Shown here in pieces: positions 11,063-24,574 of a DNA stretch of 64,000 nt; position 1 is the first letter of the stretch; each line of letters starts with the position of its first letter. The stretch is from Eukaryota sp. TZLM1-RC (lineage: Eukaryota; Protista; Metamonada: BaSk clade): contig JAUPSS010000003.1 of the NCBI GenBank assembly GCA_040285825.1, forward strand, positions 1-64,000, given 5' to 3'. Both the position numbers and the translations under genes were made by a program. The notes under the pieces are model-generated. The model worked only from the letters and a program-made list of their open reading frames with translations, was not told where the DNA came from and made no database searches.

Positions 11063-14000
11063 ATGCCTTTGGTTGATAGTGACTCTGATACTGATTGGAA
11101 CGCCCAAGCAAAGATTCTGCCAGTCAGATCAAGCTCATCCTCTCCACTTCCCCACTCTCCCCACAATACAAGCTATGCTCGAAATTCATCTCAAAAATTT
11201 CAATTCAAAAACTGATCATTGTACCAGAAACAACACACAAAAACCACCATTACGTTCCTTACGTTCTGTTGCGCGTTCTATTAACAACTCCGTTTCTCGA
11301 AATTTGTTTTTCTCATGCTGAAACTGGAAAAAAAGTCAAAAAAATCTATTTCTACTTTTTAACTCACAAATTGACAAAATAGAAATAACTGAAAAAAATG
11401 AAACCATTGCCATTAAAAGGTTCTAAAAAAATGTTCGATTTGTGGTTTCAGTGGTCATAATTCGAGAACATGCCCTGAAAAAAACAAAAAGAGAAATTGA
11501 ATTAAAATCTGCTCAACAAATTCTCGAATGTTCTGTTCCAGCTGATGCCGTTGTGAAAGGTGCTGAAAATAATGTTTCTGACGATCAACATTTGAATGCT
11601 TCTAGTGCTCACTCTTCTTCCCCTTCTGAAAAACAGTAATTTTTTTGTTGTCCATTTTGCAAAAAATGTTACAGATTCAAGAAATGGTCGAAAACTTCTG
11701 TTTTTGTACCAATTGTAAAGCTGCTGATACCGTAAGACCCCCGATCCAGATCCCAGTAGAAATTAGCCCCGCCAGCACAATCCCCTTCTCAATGGAAATG
11801 AGAAATTTTACTTCTGAATTGAAAAAAATAATAAGTGGAATATTTCATCCTTCTGGAAATATTTTGCTCGAAAAACAAAAATTGTTTTAAAAAAATTTGG
11901 AAATAGAAAAAAATTGTAAAATCAAAAATTTGCCGAAAATTGTGCTTACGTGGTCGTTATGGTGCCGCAAAGCAGTCATTGTTTTTCCTCTTCTTTGGCT
12001 GATGCAAACTCTGATACCCTTGAAAAACTTCAAAAGTTGCATCCTCAAGAAAATTTCAAGTGCAGCAAGCCTGATGTGTGTCCTTTTTGGATTGAAAAAT
12101 CTTATTACTGCAATTGAAGTTCTTAAAAGCTATTCAAAAATTACCAAAGGGGAAAGCAGCAGGCCCATTTTGGAATTTCTTTTGATCTCTTAAAAAAATA
12201 GCGTGTTCCAGTGTTCCCGAAATTGGTGATGATCTAGCCCATTATTTTTCAACAATTAATTGTTTCGAAAATTAATCTTCCATTTGAATTACTCGCTGCA
12301 CGTCTGATTGCTTCAGTAAAGCCTGGAAACGGAATCAAACCTGATGGAATACGCCCAATTGCTGTTGGTGAATCTCTTTTCTCGTTTGCTGGCATCAATT
12401 GTCTTCGATCGTGTCAAAGACAAAGCTTCTACATTTTTGAATCCTCATCAATTTGGAATCAAAAACAATTGATGGTGCTTCTGTTGCTGCTATTGCCTCT
12501 GATACCTTTTTTTAATGCAGAGGAAAATAATTTTATTTTTTTAATCTCGACTTTAAAAATGCTTTTTAATTCTGTAAAGCGAGAAGCAATTTTTGAAGTT
12601 ATTAGATCTGATTTTTCCTGAGCTATCGAGTTTTTTTCTACCATTTTTATGGGAAAAGAATCAGATTTAATTTTTAATTCATTTGGTCTTAAATCATCTT
12701 CTGGTGTGAAACAAGGTGATCCTTTAGGCCCATTATTGTTTTTGTTTAGCTATTCACAAAACTTTAAATATCATTAAAGCAAAAAAATACCCTTCTATAA
12801 AAAAATAGTTGCTTATATGGATGATATATCTTTGATTGGTTCATCTGATTTACTAGAATTGGTTGCTCAAAAAAATTGCCGATTCATGAAAATATTGGGC
12901 TTCATCTTAATGCGAGCAAATGCCTTCTGATTGGCTCTTCTGCTCAAGATCTCGTGATAAACGATTCTATTGTCCCTTTTACTAATTATAGTAGTGATGC
13001 TTTTAAGTTCCTTGGTTGTTGGTTAGGAAACGTGCCTCAAATTCAGAATGAATTGCAAGTTATTTTGGAAAAAAATAAAAAAATTGAACTTGATTCAATT
13101 TCTTCTTCAATTTAGAAAGACATATTAAATTTTTTTCATGCTTAAAATTTGTTATACTGGAAGAAAAGCCCACATTTTGAGATCTTGTGCTCCTTCCACA
13201 GCATTAGATTTCTGTCGTTCCTTTAATTCAATGAGAACAGAATTTTTTTGCTAATTTATTGGATGTAGAACCAGGAATGTTGAAAAATCACTTATTTTTC
13301 TTCAGCAAAGTGGGGTGGTATTGGATTTACTAAATCTTCAATTTTTGTGTCAATCAGCATTCTTGGGTGGTGGCAAAAATTTTATTTATGAATTTTCTCG
13401 TAGATTTCCTGATGATTCTCATCTGTTAGTTCCCAATTGCAGTCCTTATTTGTATGAGTTATCTTGTGAACTTGAAAAAAATTGCCGCCACAAATTTGGA
13501 CCAAATGTTTTTCCTCAATCAATTCAAGAAATTCCAAACCGATCTCTTTTTTTAATTTACAGTTTTTGCTGTAAAAGCTGCAACAAAAATTGTCAAAAGA
13601 TTTTTTTGAAAGCTTGGATTATGATGTTAGACTTGGCTTGGCCAGGAAAAAGAATCCCGCTTTGCAAATCTTTTTACAAGATATGTGTGACAGTACTTCT
13701 TCTGCCTTAGTCACAACAATTCCACAAGTTTATGTTACTCTCTTAACCGATTCTGCTTGGACTCTGAACATGAGATTTCGTTCCTTTATCTGGCCTGATA
13801 ATTTTACCTCATAAATTAATTTGTAAATGTTCTCGAGAAATTACAACTACTCATTTGTTAAATTGTAAACATTTTATTACTTTTTAGAAGCAAGGTTCAG
13901 GATGCTGTAAGAGATCAGTTATATTGTATGTGTAAATCTCATAGAATTGAATCCTTCTTGGAACCTCTGTTGTCAAAATCTGTTTGATGCTGAAGATGAT

Positions 14001-14511
14001 TTTCATAAGAATAATAGAGGTGATGTTATATCACCTGGATTAGATGGAAGTTTCATTTTTATTGGATGTAATGTCTGTTGATCCTTGTAATGCCTCAAAT
14101 GAAAGGCTTGTTAATTCTGAAATTCATAATCCTCTTTCAAATGCTGAAAATTTCAAACTCAAAAAAAATACAATGAACCTTTGTTCTAAATTGGCCAGTC
14201 TACAGCATGCAAAAATACAATTTGTATCCATTTGTATTTTCCTTTTAGTTCACTTGCACCAACTGCTTTACGTTTTTTTGGATGATTTTTGAATTGATTG
14301 TAAAGAGAAGAACTGGGAGAAATTTCAACAGATTGTTTTTGGCAAAAATAGAATTGTGTTTTCTATTTTTAAGGGGATGTTGAAGATGGTTTCTGATGCT
14401 TTGCTGTCTCTTGGTTCACACTATGAGAGAGTTGCATCTAGTGTTTTTTTGTTTTTGGGAGAGATGGATTTTTTAGATGTTGATTTATAGGTTTTTGAAT
14501 AAAATTAAAAT
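11063..14511 (+). mobile_element. Near full-length CRE-clade (RLE) non-LTR retrotransposon, single ~1140-aa ORF 11063-14490
   Basis: N-terminal CCHC knuckle CSICGFSGHNSRTC. RT motifs IRPIAVGE, DFKNAFNS, GVKQGDPLGP, AYMDDI and FLGCWLG. C-terminal CKC..HLLNC finger and RLE RGD...LDV. AATAAA at ~14498. Confidence 0.9.
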
Positions 14512-16556
14512 GGGATAAATTCATTTTTCCACATTTTTCTTCAAAAATGGAGCAAAAATCCACACTTTCATCAAAAGACTTCACAATCCACACAGAAACT
14601 CCAAAAACATCAATATCCACACAATCTTGTTTATTAGCTATTCTTTATCTTTGTTGGGACATCCTCTTGCGTTATGTCCTTCGACACCACATACTTTACA
14701 TGTGTACTTGCGTCGTTGTTTGGGCGCTGGTTCAACTGCATCAGTAAACTTCTCGCTACGGCTGTTGGGTCCTCTTGGTTCATTACTTCTCCTCTTCCTA
14801 ACGACTCCTGGTCTTCCTGCTCGCGGTGTAGGAATTGGAGGTTGAGTTTGTATATCTGATTCGATCTTGTCTTCTAGCGTCTGCTTCACAACCGAATGAA
14901 GTTTTTATGTCGTCCACTGAGAGTATTCTTCCACTGTAAGTTTTTGAGAAATCTCTGTGTTGAATGAAGTTCAGAACATAATTCAACACCTCTACTTCCT
15001 TTGCTGAAAGAAGTACGAGTAAATGCACACACGGAATCCCTTCTTTTTCCAAAGCTCCACATGAGCATTCGTTGGAATCCACATTGACAGTAAATACAGT
15101 GCCGTTCTCCCTCACTTCAAATTTAGCTTGGTCCAATTCCACAGCTTTTTAAATCTCGAGATTGTAACAGTCTCTGTTCCAGAATATCATTTGCTCTGCA
15201 GACAATAGTTGATGATAAGTTTCGTGCTTCTGTTCTTCTCGTAATAAACCATCTCGCCAACATTGACCTAATCGATTCTAACATATGTACAATTGGAAGC
15301 TGACGAGCTTCTGCAATGCACGCATTTACACATTCAACTATGTTGCTGGTAACATGACCACATCTGTTCCCTGGAAATTGATATTCAACCCAATGGTGTG
15401 GTTCAGCCGTATTACGGATGTAGTTTGCAGCAGCTGGACTCACTAACGTCATTTCACGCAACAGTTTCTCGTATTCAACTTTGGAACCGCATTTGGCCAA
15501 TCGGAATATGAACGGTCAGGGCCTTTTTAGAACCTTTACCGTTGGCATTATCGGCAAGATGCTTTACACAAAATGCATGAGCAGAGGTTTGCAACGTTTC
15601 CCCAACAGCCTTGATAAGTCCTTTTTGTCGATCAGATATGACAGTAATACCAGTCAAATCAAAAACCTTCTTTAGCTCTTCTATAAACCATTTCCAAGAA
15701 TCATAATGTTCATTTTCAACTACTCCAAAAGCAAGAGGAAAAGTATGTCCAGCTGCATCTACTGTTGTGGCAACCAACAAAACACCAAGATATTGAGTCT
15801 TAATGTGACATCCATCCAATCCCAACAGTGGTTTGGTGTATTCAAAAGCCTTCACTAGAAGCTTCAAGAGAAAAAAACATCTATGAAAATGTCCTTCTGC
15901 ATTGAAGTTCACAAAAGCCACGCTTCCTGGCATCTTTTTCACATATAGCAGAAAAAAATAATACGGGAGGAGTCTATAGGGAAGATTCCCTGTCACCGTA
16001 TAAGTAGTTTTTGTGCAGCCCTAATTGTCCGTGCTGCAGATGTACCATTTTTTTGATGACGGAGCTAGATTTTTTTCCAACGCTTTTGGGCGAAAACGGT
16101 CTCTCGCACCTGAAGTCTTCTTTTAAGATGTATGCAATGATCTTGGGTGGAAAATAGGTCTTCGGAGAGGCTACATCCTGCTGCATGGGTGACCGCTTTG
16201 GTAATACACCAGACCTCAGAATCTATTGGTGCCCTAGCTATGATTTTTGAACGGACATTCGGCAGCAGTACACCTCACCTCATACCGCGTTTTTGTTATT
16301 GTTGGGAGCAACTGTGAATTCCTTGTTGTATTGAAGTGCAAGTTGATGTAAGAAGGTCTGTAAGTCCAATCTCGACTCAAACGTCCTGTGTTCTGTTGCC
16401 ACCAATGTTGCATCGTTCCTAAGACGTTTAAGATCAATGTTCATAGGAAATGTGGATTGTGTTGTGAATCTATGAAAGTGTGTGGATTTTTGTTTTTGCA
16501 AGTGTGGATTTTTGTTCTATCTTTGAAAAAAACGTGTGGATTTTTGGAGTTTTCCC
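14512..16556 (-). mobile_element. Complete Mutator-like element (MULE) with MuDR/DDE/SWIM transposase (ORF ~16444->14638)
   Basis: Imperfect GGG...CCC TIRs with repeated AAATCCACAC. Perfect 9-bp TSD AATTAAAAT at 14503-14511 and 16557-16565. Motifs LDGCHIK..PLAFGVVENE, ISDRQKGL, FCVKHL, SWIM CSC..GIPCVH and CKVCGVEGHNARGC. Confidence 0.95.
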
Positions 16557-16622
16557 AATTAAAATTAAATAAAAAGTTACGAAGCAAAAAAATCAATCAT
16601 TCATCAATTACCTATACCACCA

Positions 16623-18123
16623 ATGTTGCTTTGTGTTTGTTTTGCTTTCTACACCGTGTTAATGTTAGGTCTGTTTCATTCTTGTAATCAGTGTACTAGT
16701 ACCTGTCCCTGTTACTGCATCCCCTTGAACAATAAGCACTACGATTTTTATACCTGAGCTTCTCACTATATTCACTCCACATTGGTCACCTGATGACAAA
16801 CATATCTTCTCTTGGCGATCCCGTTGCTCCCGTCTCACAACAGCTTCTTTCTCCAGTATTTCTACTAGTCAGATTGCCGTGGAAGTCAGTGCTTCTAAAA
16901 GGCGATTTTTGCTTGCATTGACACTTATCTCCTTGTTAGCCAGCTTGCCGTACATGTTAGAGAGGTCTCTCATAAGGGCACTGTTCATTGGAAGTTCCTT
17001 TTATCTCCAGAAGAATCGCATGATGTTTCTACTAACGGACTTTTTCCTCTTTCACTCCACTCAATCGGCAACGCAACTTCTGAAGGACCTCTATCATACT
17101 ATCAGACTCTTTACTGGTCGAGGGCACTGATAAGGAAAACCTTGATTTTATTAAAAACACACTGAATATTACACTCACCCCAAGGAACATTTCGCCATCA
17201 GCTTTTGACACCTCACTTTTACGTCCTGGTGACGTCATCATTGAATCAGATGCTGTAAGTGGTGTCTCTGGAATGATTTCTTTTGGAACAAATTCTTTTT
17301 GCTGGCCACTGTGCTGTTGTTTTGAGTCTGAATGGAAAGCTTCATGTCGCTGAATCTACCTTAAAAGCGGACGGTTCCAAGGCAGGTTTTGTCATTGAAG
17401 ACTGGGATTCTTGGCTTGCAAGTGAAAGTGCCAATAAGTATGAAGCTGCTGTTCTTCTGAGGTTAAGTCCACAAAAATTCTGCTAAGTTCAATAATACAG
17501 CAGCAGTTAATTGGTTTTTTAGAGAATGAAGGCACTCCTTACGGACAGGGCAATTTTATTTTTTCTTGGTTGAATACTGAAAACGCAAACTATCCAGGCA
17601 AATGGTCTTGGAACTTTCTATTGGTACTTCTTGAGTTGGTTGGAAAGAAGTAGCACCTGGTCCACTCCACAGTGTCATTCTCGAAGGCATTAGTCACCGA
17701 CTTGGACAAACTGTTTCCTCCATCCGAGAGACTGTTAATGTTCTGGTGGAAAGGGGTGATATGAACTTTGGGGGAGCTTCTTGCAATTCCTGAGCGTGTA
17801 GATTGGACTTATGATGGGCAACGACAGCTAGTGTGCTCTTCCTTTGTAGTGGAGGTGTTGAGACAGGGTGGGATTTTTCGGTGGAGATTTATTCAATGAT
17901 ATCATACCCCAGGAATTTTTCCCCTCGCGATTTGCTTCAACTTGGTATTTATGAAGAGCATCTACCAAATAAACCCTTCTATTGTGGGATGCCTGGCACT
18001 TCAATGTGTCAAATCTTTGGCAGTTATCATTACCCTGAGCTGAAATATTTCAATACGATTAAACCTTACCCAAAAATGAATTTTTATTGTCCTTTAAATA
18101 GAACTCCTGATATGTATTGTTGA
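16623..18123 (+). CDS. Secreted permuted papain-like (NlpC/P60, YiiX-like) protein, frameshifted in assembly
   Basis: Hydrophobic N-terminus, then LRPGDVI, AGHCAVV (His), HVAES, EGTPYG and LVCSSFV (Cys after His, i.e. permuted order), then EFSPRDL. Confidence 0.6.
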
Positions 18124-18649
18124 CTGGTTTTTATAAAGTTATGTATGTATGTAAGATTTTTTTGTTTATTAATACTATCACAATAATTCATAAATGAGTA
18201 ACTATTCTTAAAGCTTGAATTACGTTTCAAAGCCTGGCTGGTCCTCTATTAAAAAAACCTTGATCATTTACAATGTAATTATTGTAGTGCTATAATTGTG
18301 GATGTCTTACTAGTAGTTTTATTACAGTGTACAATCATCAAAAGTTACTTGTCAATGGTTTTTAATCCAAATCAGATTATATGTAACGAAGTGTGCACTG
18401 CGTTTGTAAGAACTTTGGGACAAAATGGTTAAATTCCTAAAGTTTTCACACACTGTATCCAAGGGTCTTTTTGACCCTCCTCTACAACGAAGTCTACATA
18501 AATCTATATAAAGACTTCATCATTGTTGATACGTTTGTTGCTGATGCCGGAATCTGCCTCTGATTCCAATGGTGTTGAAGCAGAAGAACATCGCTCACAA
18601 TAAGCTGATGATACCCCATCCACTTCTCCTCCCCACCCTTTTCTCTCTT

Positions 18650-19904
18650 CATTTTTGAACAAAAATTCTTCAAATCAAGTGGAAATGATGTTTTGAAATT
18701 AAGTTGTTCAAGGGTCAAGAAACGCTCGCATAAATGTTCACATTGCCGTGAGACGGTACATAATGCTCGAACTTGTCCTAATCTGAAGAACATTAATGCA
18801 AAAAATTCTAAAGATATATGCAAAAGGAAATTCATTAAGAAAGCATAATCTTAAGGTATATCAACTAATACGTCTTCACAAGTTGTTGCAAAGTCTGCAA
18901 ATTGTTATACCAAAAACAAAATTTTGCAACACTTGTGGTGTTTCTTTTAGAAGAAATAAAATGGGGAAAACTGCAAAGAGATACTTGAAATTTAGAACTG
19001 AAGACAATCACCATCTATCGATCGTAGGAACCCGTTTTCTCCTTCTGTTTTGTCCAATCAAAAAATTCCCCAAGAAATACATCCGTCTAAACATAAAGAA
19101 TTTTCCTTTATTTTTAAACGTTTTTTTAGACCAATTATGTTCAAAAAAATTTGCCCTTAATGATTGTTGGTAATTCTTCAGTTCTGTTTGTCCCTCTATT
19201 GAACAAAATTACGTAGGAAATTCACGTGATTCAAATTTGGGACCATGAAATTTGTTGTTAGAAAAAGTTAAAGCAAAATTTTTGAAGACAAGTGTTTTTG
19301 ATAACAAAAGGTCTGATGTTTTATCTATTTTTGAATCCGAGGGTTAAAGTTACCATTAATGAAGATACAGTATAGAAACTGATGAACCTGCATCCATTTG
19401 AAAAACTTTCCTGAAGTTCTTTTTAGATCGCAATTATTATTGAGCTTATTGGGAAAGTAATCCATTGTTGGCATCAGAAGTCTTTTTCTGTTATCAGCAC
19501 AAGACTACGTGGAAAATGTGCTGGACTTTCAGGTTTTTTTCTATAGATCGTGTCAAGGCTGCAGTGATAGCTTTTAGAAGATTGTTTCAATTTTAATAAC
19601 CTAATTTTTCAAGGGGGTTTCAACAAATCAGGGTGAATGTCCTGAAAATTAAAATGTTCGCGACTGACTGCTCAGTGAAAAAGTCAAAAATGGATGTTCG
19701 CCCAATCCCAGTTTCTGAGAGTTTACATAATATTTTTTTCAGCTTGTTGTTTGAGCAGCTTTAAAGAAAGGGCAAAAACAACTTTGTTGCCTTTTCAGTA
19801 TAAATTAATTACTACTGATGAACTTGCGTCAGCAGTCTCTGCTACAGTTGCATTATGTCACCAAAATGAATCAAATGTTTGTATGTTGTTGTATTTAAGA
19901 ATTG
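18650..19904 (+). mobile_element. 5' part of an old CRE-like retrotransposon, interrupted by a Gypsy element; resumes at 27638-~27740
   Basis: Knuckle KCSHCRETVHNARTCP and RT motif DVRPIPVSE. The frame breaks at (D)FKN, and 27638 resumes with NAF...YLPELLPYFQTTY. Confidence 0.65.
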
Positions 19905-22900
19905 TGTTGCTGAAAGGCATATTTGCTAGTTTTAGGATATTTGTTAGATAAGGCGGGTTAGGATAAAGATAATTTTATCTAAACTTAGGTACTCACCAGT
20001 GAGATACCTACACTACATTCTCCCGTTTTTCTTAACTAAAAATTATTTACAGTTGTTCGTCCGCTTCCTCTGCGGATAAAGCTTTTGCCGAGGCACGGGG
20101 AGAGCTTGAACTGAGCTACCGGATTTAATAGATTTACGTTTTCTTTTACTTGGTTTCTTATCAAATCGAGTATACGCTTCTCATTAACTGATACAATGCA
20201 GTGGTTTTTCGGTAGTCTTTCCATTAAACCACTTCACAGTACAGAAGGGTCCTTGAGTTGTATTATAATCTTTAAGGATTTTTTCGATGACATGTTTATC
20301 TTAATCAGTAGCTGCAATTGCCCTAAGTAGATCAAAATCGTTAGGATCGATCATCAGCGTTATAAAGTTTGCAGTCCCTCTTAGATACTTTTTGTTTTGT
20401 TCACCAGGTTTTTCAGGTTCTTTATTAATAACGGGGAGTTGGAAGGGGTTTCTAAAACCAGACAAGGGCCTAACTAAGATCTATGTGATTTATTAGATTG
20501 TTTTGTCTTTTGAAAAATATAGTCACCATTATGAAATGCATTTTCATTAGTCTTTTTATTTTGACTGGGTTTGTTTTATCAATTGGTGATGCTCTGCTTC
20601 TTCCCATTTCTTGTGGAGACGACCATTTTTAAACTTGAGGTCCTGCAAAAAGTGACACATAGGATTCAAAATCGTGAATGCCTTCCAGGATGTTAGCAGG
20701 ATCTGATCTTGGGCTGATAGATGACCCAAACATCAGTTCGTATGGAATGTGATTTGCAATTCTGCTTTTGGATGAATTAATTAATAATTGAGTTATTGGT
20801 ATATATGTGGACCATGTATCATAGTCGTTGTAGTCTTAAAAAAATTTCATTAAACATTGTATCACATTCTCGCTGTTTTTCTTTCTAGCGATCCATTACT
20901 CTCAGAATGATAAGGAATTGAGTTTGATACCTCAATTGAGATTCTTTGGTAAAAGCAATTTAAATATCTCGTTGGCTAACTCAGGACCATAGTCACTATG
21001 TATAGACATAAGTTTGCCAAATGTAGCGCAGACGTTCCATATCAATGCATCTGTTACTTCTAAGGCACTGAGTTTTTCTCAATGGTACAAGTATCGTGTA
21101 CCTTGTAAAATGAATCGACGAAAACTAATAAATATTTACTATCATTGTTGTCTTTATTAAGTGGTCCATCAGTATCCACGTTTAATTTTTGCGAAGGGTG
21201 GTTTGCCCACAGGGAACCAGTTGAGGAGTCTTTGATTGCTTTTACTGGTGCTGTTTTTCTGGAAAGTACGACAACGTTCTATATGTTTAATGAGATCTTT
21301 TTCATATTTGGCCAGTAGATATCACTTTTTGGAAAAATTTATGAGAACTTTCGTTTTTTTGCTTGGGTGGCCTGATTGGCTTAAACCATGAATTAGGTTA
21401 AGTGCCGTTTTTTTCTTTGTTTGGTCGGTATTATCATTATATTATTATCTTTTAACCAGATTTCTGTGTTTTTTGCACAGTGTAGCGTTTTTGAATAATG
21501 GGTCATTATTGCTATTGGCTAGTTGTTGCTCTGATCTAACCTTTGAGAGCCAATTTAAGAAAAATGGGTAAAAGCTGAGTGCTTTGCTAATTCGAAAATG
21601 TGAATTGGGTCTGGATCTTCATAATCAGAATCATCGTCAGAAGGTGGAATATCACTGTGCCAGAAGGGATCATGTGGGCAATTGATGTGATTTATTTCCG
21701 CATTTTCTAAATTTGTATCTAAATTTCTTGACATCATATCAGCCCAATGATTGTCTTCTCCTTTTTCGTGTACGATATCAAAATCTAATTTTGACAAGAT
21801 AGGTAATCATCTTTTGACGATTCTGTTCTTTTTTCAGGTGCCCTGGCGAGAATGCAATATTCCTGTGATCTGTGAAAATGGTCAGATGTCTAGTTATGAA
21901 GAAGCTTTCAAGTTGACTTTCTGTTAATAATACTAAGATCACATATAATTCTTTTTGTAAAGTAACCAACGCTCTTGAGTATCGGTTGAATTCCTACTGT
22001 AAAAGGAAATTGGTTTAACTTTTCTGTCTTTTACTGCAGTTCCAATGGGAGCATAAGGTGCGACTTCTTCCCAAATGGCTCCTCTTATTGCGATGTCTGA
22101 TGCATCGGGGCTTATCAGAATGCATTTGTCTGGTGAAGGTAATGCCAGAGGCATGCGATTGATTATGAGTTGTTTTATTTGGTCTAATAATTGGTCGTGT
22201 TTGGCCTCCCAATTTTACACGACACGGTTGTATTTTTAGCTCGTTTATGGGTGCAATTAGTTGTGAAATATTTGGGAGCCAATCACTTATGGAATTGACA
22301 TATCGAACTAAAGACTGTACTTCTTTATTTGTTTATTATTTTTGGTTTTTGGAGCAAGTTTATTCATTATTGCTTCTACTAGTTTCAAGCTTTTTGTTTT
22401 TAAATGGAAAATGTTGCCTAAAAATGTCAATTGGTTGTTTGTCAGTAACAAATTTACATTTTCTCAATCCAATGTTGACTCTTCTACTCCTTGCGCATTG
22501 CAGTACCCTCTGTATTCTGTCAAATAGTTGTTAGAGGGTTGATCCTATTGATATTATGTCATGGATGTAAATGAATACTACTTCTATTTGGAAAAATTTC
22601 CATAATTACATCTTGAAAAATTGCTGGGATATTTTATTACATTTATTAAACTTACACACTTGACAAAAATAATTCATAACTAATGGAACGAAAATCATTG
22701 AACCAAGATTTCCTCTACAAAATCTTGATTTGCTTGTTGTTTTAGCTAAAGCTTCTCTAATTCGATTGAAAAACCGAGGTAATCTATTAATAATGGCAAA
22801 ATTAAGTCCGAGAGCGCCATAAAAAATATCAAATCTTTTCATTGGTTTTTCTTGAACCATTCTTTTGGAAGTTATTCAAAAAGTTTCTGCTTCTACTGGT

Positions 22901-23824
22901 AGTTTTCCGTTGATCAAAAATGGAAAAAGTAATAAAAACTAGTGGTGTATTTCTACCAGCATTAGCCTCTTCGATATCTTTGTCATATTTTTATGTTTTT
23001 TTGCTTAGCTTTAAATTCAAGAGCACCTACAGGATTAAGTTTTTCTTCTGTGAACCAAAGTGTCATTTGCAACATTACAGGAGACAAAGTCAACAACAGC
23101 TTGGAGTTCTCAATCCAATCACAGTATACATCATTTCTGCCATCAGAACCAAAAATTATTCAATGACAGTGTTTCCTTCAGCAGAGGTTCTTTGATACAC
23201 GAAATTCTTGCAGTTCGTGCCATTTTCAAAACAGTGTCTTTTTACAGCATCATGTAATGAAGAACGATAGGTTATCAATTTTAGAACAATTCAGAGCATG
23301 ACGCAAAGTGAGTTAAGATGAATTCGAATAAATACATTTTTTTCTTTTTAATAATAATTGATTAATGGGAATATGCATCTATAATCTCATTTTTTGTTAC
23401 ACATTCCTCATCACAAACTTATTCCTTTTTCTCGCTCTGTAGACGGTCAAAATGTTGTTTAAACAGTTGAGTAGAACATTATCAGAAATAGACTTCTGTT
23501 TTTGGTTCAGTATTGTATTGTATTGAAAATTAAGCTGTTAAGGATGCATTTTGTTTTTGTAATGTTCTATGTGAAATGTGTGCCTTGACAGCAGAAAAAG
23601 TATAGAATACTGGAGAAAATTGATGTTGCCAAAAGCACATTCTACTATTCAAACAGTTTGATGTCCGAATATTTTAAGGCAATTCTTTTAAAGAAGTATA
23701 TTATAGGTTTATATATTTCACAATTGATGTTAGAAGCAGTTTCTATTCTTTTTCTCCACAACACTTCATAATCAATCTGTTACTCCAGTGTTCTCTTTCT
23801 GAAACCTAGAAATGGATTACAAAA

Positions 23825-24390
23825 ATAGCACCACTTGTCTTTCATGACATTTGGTGTGTATTCAAACAATGTTGAATGAATTCTTACAATGTTAAAACAA
23901 GTATTGTTTTTTATTCAACATAAATACAAATGTATATCCAAGAAAAATCTAAAAATCTTTTTCTTATGTCAAGTATATTCTAAAAAAGTCAACATTTAAT
24001 TGAAATAAATCAATTGGTGATATTTAGCAATTGACAGAGTTTACACTAATTTCTACATGATTAACATTCTTTTGGTTAATTCATCAACATTTTCAAAATT
24101 TATAAGCGTTATGTCACATTTACACTGATGGTCATGTCATTGCTTGGATATTAATTCCATTATTTGTCAACTTTTTGCAACATTTACATCAATCTATACA
24201 AGATTAATTGCCATTGAAAAATCAAAAACTGAGTGCGCATTTCACAATTGAAAATTTCAAGTTTTTAGATAGCACCACTTGTCTTTAATTACACTTGGGT
24301 GTGTATTCAAAACAATGTTGGATGAAGTCTTACAATGATAAACAAATTTTTTCTAATCAACATAAATTCAATGTATATCGAAGAAACAAT
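23825..24390. repeat. Degenerate direct repeat, ~125 bp x2 (23825-23950 and 24269-24390)
   Basis: Both copies share atagcaccacttgtcttt...gtgtgtattcaaa.caatgttg...tcttacaatg...tcaacataaat.caatgtatatc. Confidence 0.7.
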
Positions 24391-24574
24391 TTTAAAGCTC
24401 AAACTATTGGGCACATTTTCATTTGAAAAACCTCATTCATGAGGAAAAAAACTCGACACTTGACAACAAACTTTTGAATTGTAATTTACATAACATTTGT
24501 TTTACACACCGTTGTATGATATTGTTTCTTCACACTTCTTGTGAAAACGTGCCTATGCATATCTGATACAATGC

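Noticed and set aside
5390-18123. Programmed frameshifting, RNA editing or a non-standard code to explain broken host genes
   Set aside because: Indels cluster in homopolymers in one region only. Five genes to the right are intact and use TAA/TAG as stops, so sequencing error is the simpler explanation.
23300-24560. LRR-like pseudogene on the minus strand
   Set aside because: Too degenerate to translate reliably. Only the direct repeat is reported.
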